This document shows, piece by piece, positions 8,736 to 18,949 of a stretch of DNA of 64,000 nt. The position numbers and the translations under genes were made by a program. The number at the start of each line of letters is the position of its first letter. Position 1 is the first letter of the stretch. Source of the DNA: an uncultured Spirochaetia bacterium. Its GTDB lineage: Bacteria; Desulfobacterota_D; UBA1144; Nemesobacterales; UBA2774. The notes under the pieces were generated by a model that saw nothing but the letters and a program-made list of their open reading frames with translations, was not told the DNA's origin and made no database searches. The stretch spans positions 436 through 64,435 of the forward strand of contig CAZPHQ010000012.1 of NCBI GenBank assembly GCA_964586675.1, in the 5' to 3' direction.

Positions 8736-10139
8736 TTATTTCCCGACACAAAACTTGCTGAATATGCGGCCCAGTACGTCTTCCGTGGTGACTTCGCCCG
8801 TTATCTCTCCGAGCGAATCAAGTGCAATTCTTAAGTCGAGAGCAAGGAATTCGGGCGATTCGCCGGCGTCGAGCAGTCTCAGAAAGGACGAGAGACTCTC
8901 GGACGCCTTTTCGATGGCCAGCTTATGCCTGAGCTCAGTCAAAACGATCTCGCCCGCCTCGGCGCGTCCCGAGCTCCCCCGGAGCAGGGTGCTTGCCGCA
9001 TCCTTCAGCTCCTCGATCCCCGTTCCCGTTTTTGCCGATATGTGGACTATCCTCTCGGGCGGGCTGAATTCGAGTAAGCCGCTCCGGTCTACCCTGAGCC
9101 CGGCATCGGCCTTGTTCACGGCCAGAATGGCCTGTTTTCCCCGTAGTCCCTTCAAAACCTCGTGATCGTCCTCGTCGAGTGGGACACTTCCGTCGATTAC
9201 GGCTATTATAAGCTCCGCTTCGTCGGCCTTCTTTTTGGCGAGAGCGACACCGGTGCGCTCAATTTCGTCCCCTGTGACCCTTATGCCGGCCGTATCGACC
9301 AGCCTGAGGGGAATTCCTCTTACCTCCAGACTCTCCTCTATAAAATCCCGTGTAGTCCCCGGAACCGGGCTTACTATGGCCCTTTCTTTCATGAGGAGGC
9401 GGTTCAGCAGGCTCGATTTCCCGACGTTCGGCTTTCCAATGATGGCGGTGCCGACCCCATATTTCAGTATCCTGCCTTCTCTGTAGCTGCCTAAAAGCGT
9501 CCCGAGCCCGGCCAGTATATCCTGCGTCCTCGCGATCAGGGCGCTTTTGACTATGGGGTCTATGCCTTCTTCGGGGAAATCGACCTGGGCCTCGACCTCG
9601 GCCAGTATGTCGAGGATAATATCTTTTATTTCCAGTATTTTATTGGAGAGGGCTCCCTCAAGCTGGAGCTCCGCCTGCTTAAGGGCGTCATCCGTCTGGG
9701 CGTTCACTATGTCAGCCACGGCTTCGGCCTGCGCAAGATCCATTTTGCCGTTTAGAAAGGCCCTCAGGGAGAATTCGCCGGGGTTCGCCGGCCTCGCCCC
9801 GAGCCCGAATATAAGGCCAAGAATCTTTTTGGGGACTATGTGACCGCCATGGGAATGAATCTCCACGACATCCTGTCCGGTATAAGAGGCAGGAGATTTC
9901 ATAAATACCGCCAGAACCTCGTCTACCTTGCCGCCGTTATCAGTGTCCACTATATAGCCGTGGTACATCATCCGGGGTAAAAATTCCGGGCTTTCTTCCG
10001 TGCCGCCGGGTTTGAATATAGAGCGGAGAATGTCGAGTGATTCCGGGCCGCTAAGGCGTATAACAGCTATCCCGCCGTCGCCTGGAGGGGTAGCGAGCGC
10101 GGCAATCGTATCGTCGCTGGGGTTAAATGAGGAGCCCAT
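8736..10139 (-). CDS. mnmE: tRNA modification GTPase MnmE (TrmE)
   Basis: DTIAALATPPG, GKPNVGKSS, GTTRD, DTAG, NKAD, C-terminal FCVGK. Confidence 0.98.
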   Translation of the reverse strand: MGSSFNPSDDTIAALATPPGDGGIAVIRLSGPESLDILRSIFKPGGTEESPEFLPRMMYHGYIVDTDNGGKVDEVLAVFMKSPASYTGQDVVEIHSHGGHIVPKKILGLIFGLGARPANPGEFSLRAFLNGKMDLAQAEAVADIVNAQTDDALKQAELQLEGALSNKILEIKDIILDILAEVEAQVDFPEEGIDPIVKSALIARTQDILAGLGTLLGSYREGRILKYGVGTAIIGKPNVGKSSLLNRLLMKERAIVSPVPGTTRDFIEESLEVRGIPLRLVDTAGIRVTGDEIERTGVALAKKKADEAELIIAVIDGSVPLDEDDHEVLKGLRGKQAILAVNKADAGLRVDRSGLLEFSPPERIVHISAKTGTGIEELKDAASTLLRGSSGRAEAGEIVLTELRHKLAIEKASESLSSFLRLLDAGESPEFLALDLRIALDSLGEITGEVTTEDVLGRIFSKFCVGK

Positions 10140-10261
10140 TAAACGGATAAATTACCATAATCGGGCTTTCGGGGCTATTTTGAACCCTTCCGGCCGTTTA
10201 TGATCGCGGCCGGAAGGGGTGTCGAATCAAGTATTATGCTAAATCCGAGGGGCTTTCTTCG

Positions 10262-10969
10262 TTAAACGGCGGCTCTCGCCTTTTCCTTCTCGTTTATGGC
10301 CATGAGGGTTTCCATGGCTATGCTCGTGTGGGCGTAAGCCGACCCCGCCGCCATCACCATGGCGACGTTGATAGCCTCGGCCATTTTCTCCTTGGGGATT
10401 CCGGCGCTCCTCGCGTCCTTGACGCAGCCCCTGATGCAGTAGGGGCACTTGGTGAGGTGCGCGCAGGCGAGTCCGAGGATGCCGCGCTTGAAGTCCTTCG
10501 ACAGCGCGCCTTCGGCGAAGACCTTCTTCGTAAACTGCATGAACGAGCCCGACCTCTCGCCGCTGCAGGCGTGAAAATCATTTACCTCTTTCTGTATGTC
10601 CTTCTTGAAGAAGTGCCCTTCGGTGAGCGGTATATCGTTGTCGAGCGTGTCGTGAGCCTCGAACGCGATGCTCGAGTACGCGAATGGCGCGCCCATGGCG
10701 AACCTCATGGAAACGTAAATCGCCTCGATTATCTCCTGGTCCGTAGCCCCGAGGTTCTTGGAAAGCCTCACCCTAGACCTTATGCAGTAGGGGCAGCCCG
10801 TTATATGCGCCCCAGCGACGGCGATAAGCTGCTTCTCTTTTTGTGTGAGCGCGCCGTCCTTGAACGTGTTATCGTGAAATTCGGCCCATGCGCCGTTAAG
10901 CCCGGGGTTGAGCTCCTTGAAATATGCCATCTCCTTGCCTATATCGCTTTTATACATATGATCCGACAT
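10262..10969 (-). CDS. Tandem carboxymuconolactone decarboxylase / AhpD-like protein
   Basis: Two repeats: DGAL...AHITGCPYC and EGAL...AHLTKCPYC. Confidence 0.85.
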   Translation of the reverse strand: MSDHMYKSDIGKEMAYFKELNPGLNGAWAEFHDNTFKDGALTQKEKQLIAVAGAHITGCPYCIRSRVRLSKNLGATDQEIIEAIYVSMRFAMGAPFAYSSIAFEAHDTLDNDIPLTEGHFFKKDIQKEVNDFHACSGERSGSFMQFTKKVFAEGALSKDFKRGILGLACAHLTKCPYCIRGCVKDARSAGIPKEKMAEAINVAMVMAAGSAYAHTSIAMETLMAINEKEKARAAV

Positions 10970-10999
10970 GACTGTGCCTCCCTTTTTTATGTCGTATTT

Positions 11000-11587
11000 T
11001 CAAGCCGCTTTTAAAAGCTTCATAATCATTTCAGTTCCCGAATCCAGGGGCTCGATGGTGCGGTGAGTCTTCACCATCATGACCGCTCCCTCGAGGTGCG
11101 AAAGAATCATCTGCGCCATGAGGCGGGATGAAAAATCATTCCTGAACTCACCGCTTTCGATCCCCTCCCTGATACATCTTTCTATGGCCGCTTCCCATGC
11201 TTCGAAGAATACCGAGAGCGCTTCCCTGAAATTATCGTTCGTCCCGCACATCTCGACAGCCAGGTTGCCGAAAGGGCATCCCTTGGGCGGGGACTGGCTC
11301 CTGTGATAATTTCCGACTCGCATGTAAAATTCCGAGAGGCGCCCGGCAGGGGTGAGCGAGGTATTTCTCAGAGTGGGTTCGAGGACTTCGGCCTCGTAGT
11401 GATTTATGCGTTCCCGGAGAGTTTCGAGACCGAGCTCTTCCTTGCTATTGAAATGGTAGTAGAGGTTACTCTTCGTGACGCCGCTTTGCCTGGTGATATC
11501 GTCGAGCGAGGTCTGTTGAAACCCCTGCCTGTGAAAAAGCTCCTGCGCGCTGTCGATAATCCTTCTCTTGCTGCCGCTTATAATCAA
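11000..11587 (-). CDS. TetR/AcrR family transcriptional regulator (LmrA/YxaF/NemR-like)
   Basis: HTH segment GFQQTSLDDI...SNLYYHFNSKEEL; GCPFGNL; TTG start after GAGGAGG. Confidence 0.92.
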   Translation of the reverse strand: MIISGSKRRIIDSAQELFHRQGFQQTSLDDITRQSGVTKSNLYYHFNSKEELGLETLRERINHYEAEVLEPTLRNTSLTPAGRLSEFYMRVGNYHRSQSPPKGCPFGNLAVEMCGTNDNFREALSVFFEAWEAAIERCIREGIESGEFRNDFSSRLMAQMILSHLEGAVMMVKTHRTIEPLDSGTEMIMKLLKAA

Positions 11588-11652
11588 ATATCCCCTCCTC
11601 GATTCACATCTTTAAATATCCTCTCCACTGATGTCCCTTTCTCTAACCCAAC

Positions 11653-11707
11653 AATTAGAACTGACCACCCAGTACTAATTATATTTCGAAACGGGCGGCG
11701 CTGTCAA
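11653..11707 (-). promoter_or_regulatory. sigma70 promoter with overlapping palindromic operator
   Basis: Minus strand TTGACA (11707-11702)-18 bp-TATAAT (11683-11678); inverted repeat AATTAGAACTG-N6-CAGTACTAATT at 11653-11680. Confidence 0.7.
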
Positions 11708-11773
11708 GAGAAATTTTTTCTCCCCTTGGGACGGTTATCAAAAAAGTCTCTATTGTCGAATGATTGGAAAGGC

Positions 11774-12922
11774 TTAGGTGACGCCGAAGCTTATTGTCAG
11801 GGGTGATTCGGGATAGAATTCCTCTAATTCACCTCCGAGCCCCTTTGCCTGGAGAAGCGCCCTGAAGCTATGCCCCATCGAGCCGGGGAGGAACAGGCTT
11901 TTTATAGCCGAAAGGGCTTTTGATTCCCCGAATCGGGACTCATTTCCGGCCGAACTCTCCCTTTCGAGTATATCCAGCACCCCCCAATCGATGAGAAACT
12001 GGCCCTGAGTGGTATACCTGACCTCCCGGAGTCCAGCTGCCTCGCCGGTTTTTCGGAGGAGGCTGAAGTCCACGTGCGCCGTTATATCCTGCTCCCCGAT
12101 GCGGGCGTACGGGTCCTCGCTCAAGGTGTGCCTGTGAATGCACTTGTAAGTACCTTTCATCCTGCCGGGGCTGAAGAGCTCCTCCGCAAGATAGCCGTAG
12201 TCTATAGTCAGGACGAAGCCCCTCTTCAGAACCCGCGCTATGTCGTTCAAATATTCGGCAGACTCGAGATTGATCTCTACCTCCTGCCCCTCCTCGAAGT
12301 CGTCTTTCCATCTGAAATATTTCTCGATCTCGGGTGAGCGGGGGCTGTCTGTCGTTTCCGTAAGACGCCCATTTTCCAGCGTCACGAGTACCTCGCGGAA
12401 TCTTCCCTCCTCGAACCTCGCACGACGGAAGGGAAGGGCGTCCATGAGCTCGTTCGAGAGTACAACCCCGCTCATGCTCTCCGCGTCGAGTGAATCGAGT
12501 GATTCGGCGAACTTTACCCGCTCCAGGTGATTCTTGAGCAATGCCTCCGCCTCACGAATCGTCGCGGCGCTCCTTTCTATCACGATGTAATTCGTCCGGG
12601 AGTAAATCCCGGGCTCGCTCTCCTTCATCGCGTCCAAAATGTCCAGTGCCAGGAGGCCCCGCCCCGCGCCGGGCTCGACGATAGTAAAAACGCCATTCCC
12701 CAGGGCCTTCGCAGCCTTCACCAGAAACCGTGAAACGGTTTCTCCGAAGGCGGGGTGGACGCAGGGGCTCGTGTAGTAGTCCCTTTCCTTTCCGATGCGC
12801 GCCGCGCCCGACGTATAGTAGCCGTGGCCCGGATGGTATAGCGCAAGCTCCATGAAGCGGTCGAACCTCATCGGGCCCTTTTCGGCAATCTCTTTTTTTA
12901 TAATTTCGGTGAGGGCGTTCAT
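11774..12922 (-). CDS. SAM-dependent methyltransferase, MidA/NDUFAF7 family
   Basis: FMELALYHPGHGYY, DYYTSP, EPGAGRG, SNELMDALP, IDYG, QDITAHVDF; start placed at MNALT. Confidence 0.9.
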   Translation of the reverse strand: MNALTEIIKKEIAEKGPMRFDRFMELALYHPGHGYYTSGAARIGKERDYYTSPCVHPAFGETVSRFLVKAAKALGNGVFTIVEPGAGRGLLALDILDAMKESEPGIYSRTNYIVIERSAATIREAEALLKNHLERVKFAESLDSLDAESMSGVVLSNELMDALPFRRARFEEGRFREVLVTLENGRLTETTDSPRSPEIEKYFRWKDDFEEGQEVEINLESAEYLNDIARVLKRGFVLTIDYGYLAEELFSPGRMKGTYKCIHRHTLSEDPYARIGEQDITAHVDFSLLRKTGEAAGLREVRYTTQGQFLIDWGVLDILERESSAGNESRFGESKALSAIKSLFLPGSMGHSFRALLQAKGLGGELEEFYPESPLTISFGVT

Positions 12923-12997
12923 CGAACTGTTTACTTTCTTACGGCTGAAGTAGATTATATCTGAAACGGCCTCGGCGTAGACAACAGCCATCGTGTA

Positions 12998-13777
12998 ATG
13001 AGACATATCCTGAAAGCGCTTAAAATCGCAGGGTTCATACTCCTCGTCGTAACATTCCTCTCGATCTCGTTCGCCGTGGATGTCTTAGTCAGGAACGAGA
13101 GAAAGAAGCGCGCCTGGTTCTCACGGATATCGTCCTTTTACATGAGAATGGCGCTCGCCGTTCTGGGCGTCAGCGTAAAAGTAATAAACTCCGAAGGGCT
13201 TGCTAATGCCCGCGCCTCTTTCATGGTGTGTAACCACCTCTCCTACATAGACGTGTTCGCCATATTCTCGAACGTGCCGGCTGTGTTCGTCGCCAACTCC
13301 GAGCTCGAAGAGGCCTTCCTTCTCGGGACTATCATCAAGTATTCCGGGGGAGTGTTCGTCGAAAGGCGCGGGCGCGCACGGCTTCTCGAGGATATGGAAG
13401 GGATAACCGACATGCTCGACCTCGGGCTTAACGTCGTCCTATTCCCCGAGGGCACGACGTCCGACGGGAGCGGCATCTCCCCGTTCAAGAGCTCCTTTCT
13501 CGCCGCCGCGGAAGGTAGGGAAGTGCTCCCGCTCTGCATAAAGTATAAGTCCGTCAACGGCCGGAGCATAAACCGCGAAACCTCCCCGCTCGTTTACTAT
13601 TACGGCGAAACCACCTTCTTCGAGCATTTTTTCAGGTTCATGGGGCTAAGGTCTGTCGCGGCCGAGCTTACCGTTCTTAAGCCCATAGACACACGAGGGC
13701 TTTCGAGGAAGGATATCGCTCATATCGCACAGTCCATGATAAGCGCGAGCTACCTCGGGGATGCGCGCTTCGATTAA
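12998..13777 (+). CDS. Lysophospholipid acyltransferase (PlsC/OlsA family)
   Basis: NHLSYID (HX4D) and LFPEGTTS. Confidence 0.9.
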   Translation: MRHILKALKIAGFILLVVTFLSISFAVDVLVRNERKKRAWFSRISSFYMRMALAVLGVSVKVINSEGLANARASFMVCNHLSYIDVFAIFSNVPAVFVANSELEEAFLLGTIIKYSGGVFVERRGRARLLEDMEGITDMLDLGLNVVLFPEGTTSDGSGISPFKSSFLAAAEGREVLPLCIKYKSVNGRSINRETSPLVYYYGETTFFEHFFRFMGLRSVAAELTVLKPIDTRGLSRKDIAHIAQSMISASYLGDARFD

Positions 13778-13919
13778 ATCCCGCTATGTATTTACACGGG
13801 TTTATGTTATCTAGTTGTTATATCCGCCGGGCGGGCGCGCCCGGGCGAAAGCTTGCCCAAACACTATAGTTTAGTTATGATAAAAGCTCTTAAAAGGCAG
13901 TAATAAAGGAGAATTTTAG

Positions 13920-15086
13920 ATGGATGTGATGTGGGCGAAGCGAATCGCGGACCTTCCGCCGTACCTGTTCGCGGAAATCGACGCAAAGAAGAACGAGATG
14001 AGGGCGAAGGGGATGGAAATAATCGACCTAGGCGTAGGCGACCCTGATATCCCCACCCCGGATTTCATCATCGACGCGCTCAAAAGGGCCGTAGACGACT
14101 CCAGGAACCACCGTTATCCATCCTACGAGGGCATGCCCGCGTACAGGGAGGCTGTAGCCGCCTGGTACAAGGAGCGTTTCGGCGTCTCGCTGAACCCGGC
14201 GTCCGAAGCCGTAGCTCTCATCGGGTCCAAAGAAGGCATAGCCCATACGCCGCTCGCATTTTTAGACCCGGGCGATATAGGCCTCTATACCGACCCGGGT
14301 TATCCCGTCTATCCGACGTCCATAAGCTTTGCGGGCGGTATCCCGTATGCGGTTCCGCTGCTTAAGGAGAACGGGTTCCTTCCGGACCTCGACTCCATAC
14401 CCGAAGATATAAAGCGGAAAGCCAAAATATTTTTCGTGAACTATCCCAACAATCCGACCACTGCCGTGGCCGACGCGGACTTCTACAAGAGGCTCGTCGA
14501 GCTCGGGCAGAAGTACGACATCCTCATCTGCCACGACGCGGCCTACACCGAAATCGCGTACGACGGCTACGAGCCTTTCAGCTTTTTACAGTTCGACGGC
14601 GCGAAAGAAGTTGGGATCGAGTTTCATTCCTTGTCTAAAACGTTTAATATGACAGGGTGGAGGATCGGTTTTGCCGTGGGCAACGCAAAGGCCGTGGGAG
14701 GGCTCGGCAAGATTAAGACGAACATCGATTCCGGCGCTTTTCAGGCTGTTCAGGCCGCGGGCATAGAGGCGCTCAAAAACTACAAGCTCGGGCTCGAAGA
14801 CAGAAAGAAGATTTTCCAGGAAAGGCGCGACATATTCTGCAAGGGGCTCGACGAAGCGGGGCTCATCTACACCAAGCCCAAGGCGACCTTTTACATATGG
14901 TTCGAGGTGCCCGAGGGGCTCACCTCGAAGGAGTTTTCGACGAGGCTCCTGACAGAGACCGGCATAGTAGTGACGCCCGGCACGGGATTCGGGAGGTACG
15001 GGGAAGGCTATGCGAGAATTTCGACGACCTTCAGCACCGACAGGATAATTCACGCGGTGGAAAAACTGAAAGAGGCAAGGTTCTGA
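13920..15086 (+). CDS. dapL: LL-diaminopimelate aminotransferase (class I/II PLP enzyme)
   Basis: LPPYLFAEID, GSKEG, NYPNNPT, HDAAY, SLSKTFNMTGWRIG, KTNIDSG; upstream TTGCCC-17-TATGAT. Confidence 0.8.
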   Translation: MDVMWAKRIADLPPYLFAEIDAKKNEMRAKGMEIIDLGVGDPDIPTPDFIIDALKRAVDDSRNHRYPSYEGMPAYREAVAAWYKERFGVSLNPASEAVALIGSKEGIAHTPLAFLDPGDIGLYTDPGYPVYPTSISFAGGIPYAVPLLKENGFLPDLDSIPEDIKRKAKIFFVNYPNNPTTAVADADFYKRLVELGQKYDILICHDAAYTEIAYDGYEPFSFLQFDGAKEVGIEFHSLSKTFNMTGWRIGFAVGNAKAVGGLGKIKTNIDSGAFQAVQAAGIEALKNYKLGLEDRKKIFQERRDIFCKGLDEAGLIYTKPKATFYIWFEVPEGLTSKEFSTRLLTETGIVVTPGTGFGRYGEGYARISTTFSTDRIIHAVEKLKEARF

Positions 15087-15123
15087 ACTCTTTTCTAAAC
15101 GAAAAGGCGGCGGGAAATTAGAA

Positions 15124-16665
15124 GTGGAATATTTTATTTTAACTTCTAAAATCGTAATAACCTTACTTTACACGCTGACGCTTATACTCCTCTGCATTTT
15201 CGGCCTTCACAGGTATTACCTTTCCTACCTCTACGGCAGATCGAAGAATAAAAAGCCCGTCCCGAAGGAAAGGTTCGCTGCGCTTCCGAAGGTAACCGTT
15301 CAGCTTCCTATTTACAACGAGATGTACGTCGTCGAGAGGCTCGTCGCTTCCGTCTGCAATATCGACTATCCGAAAGATCTCATGGAGATACAGATTCTCG
15401 ACGACTCGACCGACAGGACGAGCGAAATCGCGGCCGCGTGCGCCGAGAAGTACAGGGCCGAGGGCTTTAACATCAAACAAATCCAGAGGGATAACAGGGA
15501 AGGCTACAAGGCCGGCGCGCTCAGGCACGGTCTCGAAAGGGCCGAAGGAGAGCTGGTCGCGGTGTTCGACGCCGATTTCATGCCGCCGCCCGAATTCCTG
15601 AAAAAAACGGTCGACTTCTTCACGGACCCGAAGATCGGCATGGTGCAGGTAAGGTGGGGGCATGTGAATCTCGATTACTCGAACCTCACGAGGGCGCAGT
15701 CCATACTACTCGACGGCCACTTCGTTATCGAGCAGACGTCGAGATGTAACCAGGGCATGTTCTTTAACTTCAACGGCACCGCCGGCGTCATAAGAAAGGA
15801 ATGCATAGAATCCTCGGGAGGCTGGCAGCACGACACGCTGACCGAAGACCTCGACCTCAGCTACAGGGCGCAGATAGCGGGGTGGAGGCTCGTTTATGTT
15901 AAAGACATGACGGCCGACGCCGAGCTTCCCGTGGACATGAACGCGTTTAAGTCGCAGCAGCACAGGTGGGCGAAGGGCGGGGTGCAGACGGCAATAAAGC
16001 TTCTCCCCAGGATATTCAGGGACGAGAAGCTTCCGTTCAGGATAAAGCTCGAAGCGTTTTTCCACCTCTTCGGCAACATATCGTATCTACTCCTTCTCCT
16101 CCTCTTCCTGCTCATGTTTCCCGTGGCCATGTTCTGGAGACACCTCGGCTGGGAAAACGGCATAGTCATGAACATCTTCGCGATAACGGCCGGGACGCTG
16201 AGCTTCGTCCTCTTCTACATAATTACCGTAAAGGAAGTGCACGGAAGGAACTGGCTTTCATACCTGAAATACGTTCCGCTCGCGATCTCCATAGGAGCGG
16301 GGATGGCCGTCAACAATTCGAAGGCCGTTCTCGAAGCGCTCTTCGGGAAGAAATCCGAGTTCCGCCGGACGCCGAAGTTCGCCGTAACGTCGCGCGCCGA
16401 TAACTGGCGCTCGCGGAGCTACGTCGCCTCGAAGGAGCTAACGGCGATCGTAGAAATCGTGTTCGGACTCTTCTTTACGTTCCAGACACTTTTCGCGCTT
16501 TACATGGGGTATCTCTCGTGGATACCGTTTCTCATTCTTATACAGGTCGGCTTTTTCTACACCGGGCTGCTCTCGATACTCCACGGCTCCGGGAGGAAAG
16601 GCATAGCGGCGGGCGTAAACCCCATAATGCCCGAGCCCGCTCTCGAGCGCGATAAGAAATTCTGA
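15124..16665 (+). CDS. Processive GT2 glycosyltransferase (cellulose synthase-like, CslA-type)
   Basis: QLPIYNE, DDSTD, KAGAL, FDADF, TEDLD, QQHRW; N- and C-terminal TM helices. Confidence 0.9.
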   Translation: MEYFILTSKIVITLLYTLTLILLCIFGLHRYYLSYLYGRSKNKKPVPKERFAALPKVTVQLPIYNEMYVVERLVASVCNIDYPKDLMEIQILDDSTDRTSEIAAACAEKYRAEGFNIKQIQRDNREGYKAGALRHGLERAEGELVAVFDADFMPPPEFLKKTVDFFTDPKIGMVQVRWGHVNLDYSNLTRAQSILLDGHFVIEQTSRCNQGMFFNFNGTAGVIRKECIESSGGWQHDTLTEDLDLSYRAQIAGWRLVYVKDMTADAELPVDMNAFKSQQHRWAKGGVQTAIKLLPRIFRDEKLPFRIKLEAFFHLFGNISYLLLLLLFLLMFPVAMFWRHLGWENGIVMNIFAITAGTLSFVLFYIITVKEVHGRNWLSYLKYVPLAISIGAGMAVNNSKAVLEALFGKKSEFRRTPKFAVTSRADNWRSRSYVASKELTAIVEIVFGLFFTFQTLFALYMGYLSWIPFLILIQVGFFYTGLLSILHGSGRKGIAAGVNPIMPEPALERDKKF

Positions 16666-16788
16666 CGATCACACAAAAGAGGGCCGTCGCCACGACCGGA
16701 AGGAAACAGCGCGTTTATTCTCCACGGTGTGTACACGGCGGGCGTCATCGTGTATGTTGCATCTTGTAAGAGAGGCATGAGCATATAA

Positions 16789-17547
16789 ATGAAAGTTTGC
16801 ACGCTTGCGAGCGGCAGCTCGGGAAACTCCCTCTACATCGAATACGGCGGCACCAGGATACTCGTCGACGCGGGCATCAGCCAGAGGCAGATGACCCAGA
16901 GGCTTTCAGTCATAGGGGTTTCTCTTTCGGAGATCGACGCAGTTGTGGTGACGCACGAGCATTCGGACCACACGACCGCGCTTCCGCGTCTCAATCTGCC
17001 TACTTATGTCGCCTCGGCGACGGCTCATCTCTGGAAGGAGAAGGTCTCCGGGCTGAGGGAGTTCGAGAGCGACGCGCCGTTTGCGATAAAGGATCTTTAC
17101 ATAACGCCCTTCTCCGTTCCCCACGACGCGCTCGATCCCGTGGGGTTTACGATAGAAACGGAAGACGGCGCGAAGATAGGCGTCGCGACGGACGTGGGAA
17201 CGGTTACCTCTCTCGTAAGGGAGAGGCTCAAGGGGTGCACGGTCCTCGTCCTCGAATTCAACCACGACCCGGAGATACTGCTCTACAGCCACTACCCGTG
17301 GGACCTGAAGCAGAGGATAAAAGGCCGCCTCGGCCACCTCTCGAACGGCCAGGCGTCGGAGCTTCTTTCGGGGCTCATACACCGCGGGCTCAGGCATGTC
17401 GTCCTCGCACACCTGAGCCAGGTTAACAACAGGCCCGAGGTCGCATACGAATCGGCCTTCGGGGTATTAAGGAAATTCGGCGGAGAGACCGACATTACCA
17501 TATCCGTCGCGCCGAGAAAACACGCAGGGGAGGTATTTGTAATTTGA
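16789..17547 (+). CDS. MBL-fold metallo-hydrolase (YycJ/WalJ-like)
   Basis: LASGSSGN, THEHSDH, HDA, GHLSN, LAHLS. Confidence 0.9.
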   Translation: MKVCTLASGSSGNSLYIEYGGTRILVDAGISQRQMTQRLSVIGVSLSEIDAVVVTHEHSDHTTALPRLNLPTYVASATAHLWKEKVSGLREFESDAPFAIKDLYITPFSVPHDALDPVGFTIETEDGAKIGVATDVGTVTSLVRERLKGCTVLVLEFNHDPEILLYSHYPWDLKQRIKGRLGHLSNGQASELLSGLIHRGLRHVVLAHLSQVNNRPEVAYESAFGVLRKFGGETDITISVAPRKHAGEVFVI

Positions 17548-18836
17548 TAGAGAGATATTCGAGGCCGGAAATGTCGTCCTTATGGACGGACGAGGCCAAG
17601 TATAAAAACTGGCTTAAGGTCGAAATCGCAGTATGCGAGGCCTGGGCGAAATACGGCCGCATTCCGAAGAGCGCCGTCAAGGTGATAAAGAAGAAGGCCG
17701 GGTTCGAGGTGGTCAGAATAAACGAGCTGGAAAGGGAGCTGAAGCACGACGTCATATCCTTTCTAACCTCCGTCGCGGAGCACGTCGGCGAGGAGTCGAG
17801 GTTCATACACCTCGGCCTCACATCGTCGGACGTCCTCGACACGGCGTTCGCGCTCCAGATGAGGGACGCCTCGGACATACTGATAAAAGACCTCAAGCTC
17901 GTCACTAAGATACTGAAAAAGCAGGCGTACGAGTATAAAGACACGCCGATGATCGGAAGGACGCACGGTATACACGCCGAGCCGAAAACCCTCGGGCTCG
18001 TTTTCGCGCTCTGGTACGACGAGATGAAGCGGAACACAGAGCGCATGAAGAGGGCGCGCGAGGTCATAGGCGTGGGGAAGATTTCCGGCGCGGTGGGGAC
18101 ATATGCCAACGTCCCGCCCGAGATAGAGGAGGACGCGTGCAGGAGGCTCGGGTTAAAGGCCGCGGCAATATCGACCCAGATAGTGCAGCGCGACATACAC
18201 GCCGAGTTCTTCGTCACGCTTTCGATAATCGCGTCCGGGGTAGAGAAGATCGCGACGGAGATCAGGCATTTCCAGAGGACGGAGGTGCTGGAACTGGAAG
18301 AGCCGTTCACCCAGGGGCAGAAAGGCTCTTCCGCGATGCCGCACAAGAGAAACCCTGTCCTCTCTGAGAACCTCTCGGGGCTCGCGCGGCTCGTGAGGTC
18401 GTACGCTCTCCCGGCTCTCGAAAATATTCCCCTCTGGCACGAGCGGGACATAAGCCATTCTTCCGTGGAGAGGGTGATCGGACCCGACGGCACGATACTC
18501 CTCGATTTCATGCTCTCGAGGCTTGCGGGGCTCCTAGAAGGCCTGCAGGTCTATCCCGAGAACATGAAGAAGAATCTCTGGATGACACGCGGGCTCATAT
18601 TCTCCCAGAAGGTCCTTTTAAAGCTGGTCGAAAAGGGATTCTCCAGGGAGGACGCCTACAGGCTCGTTCAGGAAAACGCCATGAGGACGTGGAAAGGGGA
18701 GGGCGACTTCAGGGATCTCCTGGCCGCGGACAAGGCTGTAACCGCCGCCTTAAAGCCCCGGGAGCTCGACGAGTGCTTCGACGAATCGGCCGACCTGAAG
18801 CATGTCGACCGCATCTTCGAAAGGGTGTTTTCGTAG
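17544..18836 (+). CDS. purB: Adenylosuccinate lyase
   Basis: MIERYSR, GRTHGIHAEP, GSSAMPHKRNP, WHERDISHSSVER. Confidence 0.98.
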   Translation: MIERYSRPEMSSLWTDEAKYKNWLKVEIAVCEAWAKYGRIPKSAVKVIKKKAGFEVVRINELERELKHDVISFLTSVAEHVGEESRFIHLGLTSSDVLDTAFALQMRDASDILIKDLKLVTKILKKQAYEYKDTPMIGRTHGIHAEPKTLGLVFALWYDEMKRNTERMKRAREVIGVGKISGAVGTYANVPPEIEEDACRRLGLKAAAISTQIVQRDIHAEFFVTLSIIASGVEKIATEIRHFQRTEVLELEEPFTQGQKGSSAMPHKRNPVLSENLSGLARLVRSYALPALENIPLWHERDISHSSVERVIGPDGTILLDFMLSRLAGLLEGLQVYPENMKKNLWMTRGLIFSQKVLLKLVEKGFSREDAYRLVQENAMRTWKGEGDFRDLLAADKAVTAALKPRELDECFDESADLKHVDRIFERVFS

Positions 18837-18949
18837 GCTAAAATCTAAATGATTATAGCCAGAAGCGACTGATTTTGGGCTTCTTTATTTTATTGCATTA
18901 TAAACATTCAATGGTATAGTTTTAGGAATCTATACCCAAGGAGGCAAGT

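Noticed and set aside
15124-16665. Cellulose synthase (bcs) operon
   Set aside because: A single CslA-like GT2 without a PilZ domain or bcsB/C/Z, among housekeeping genes
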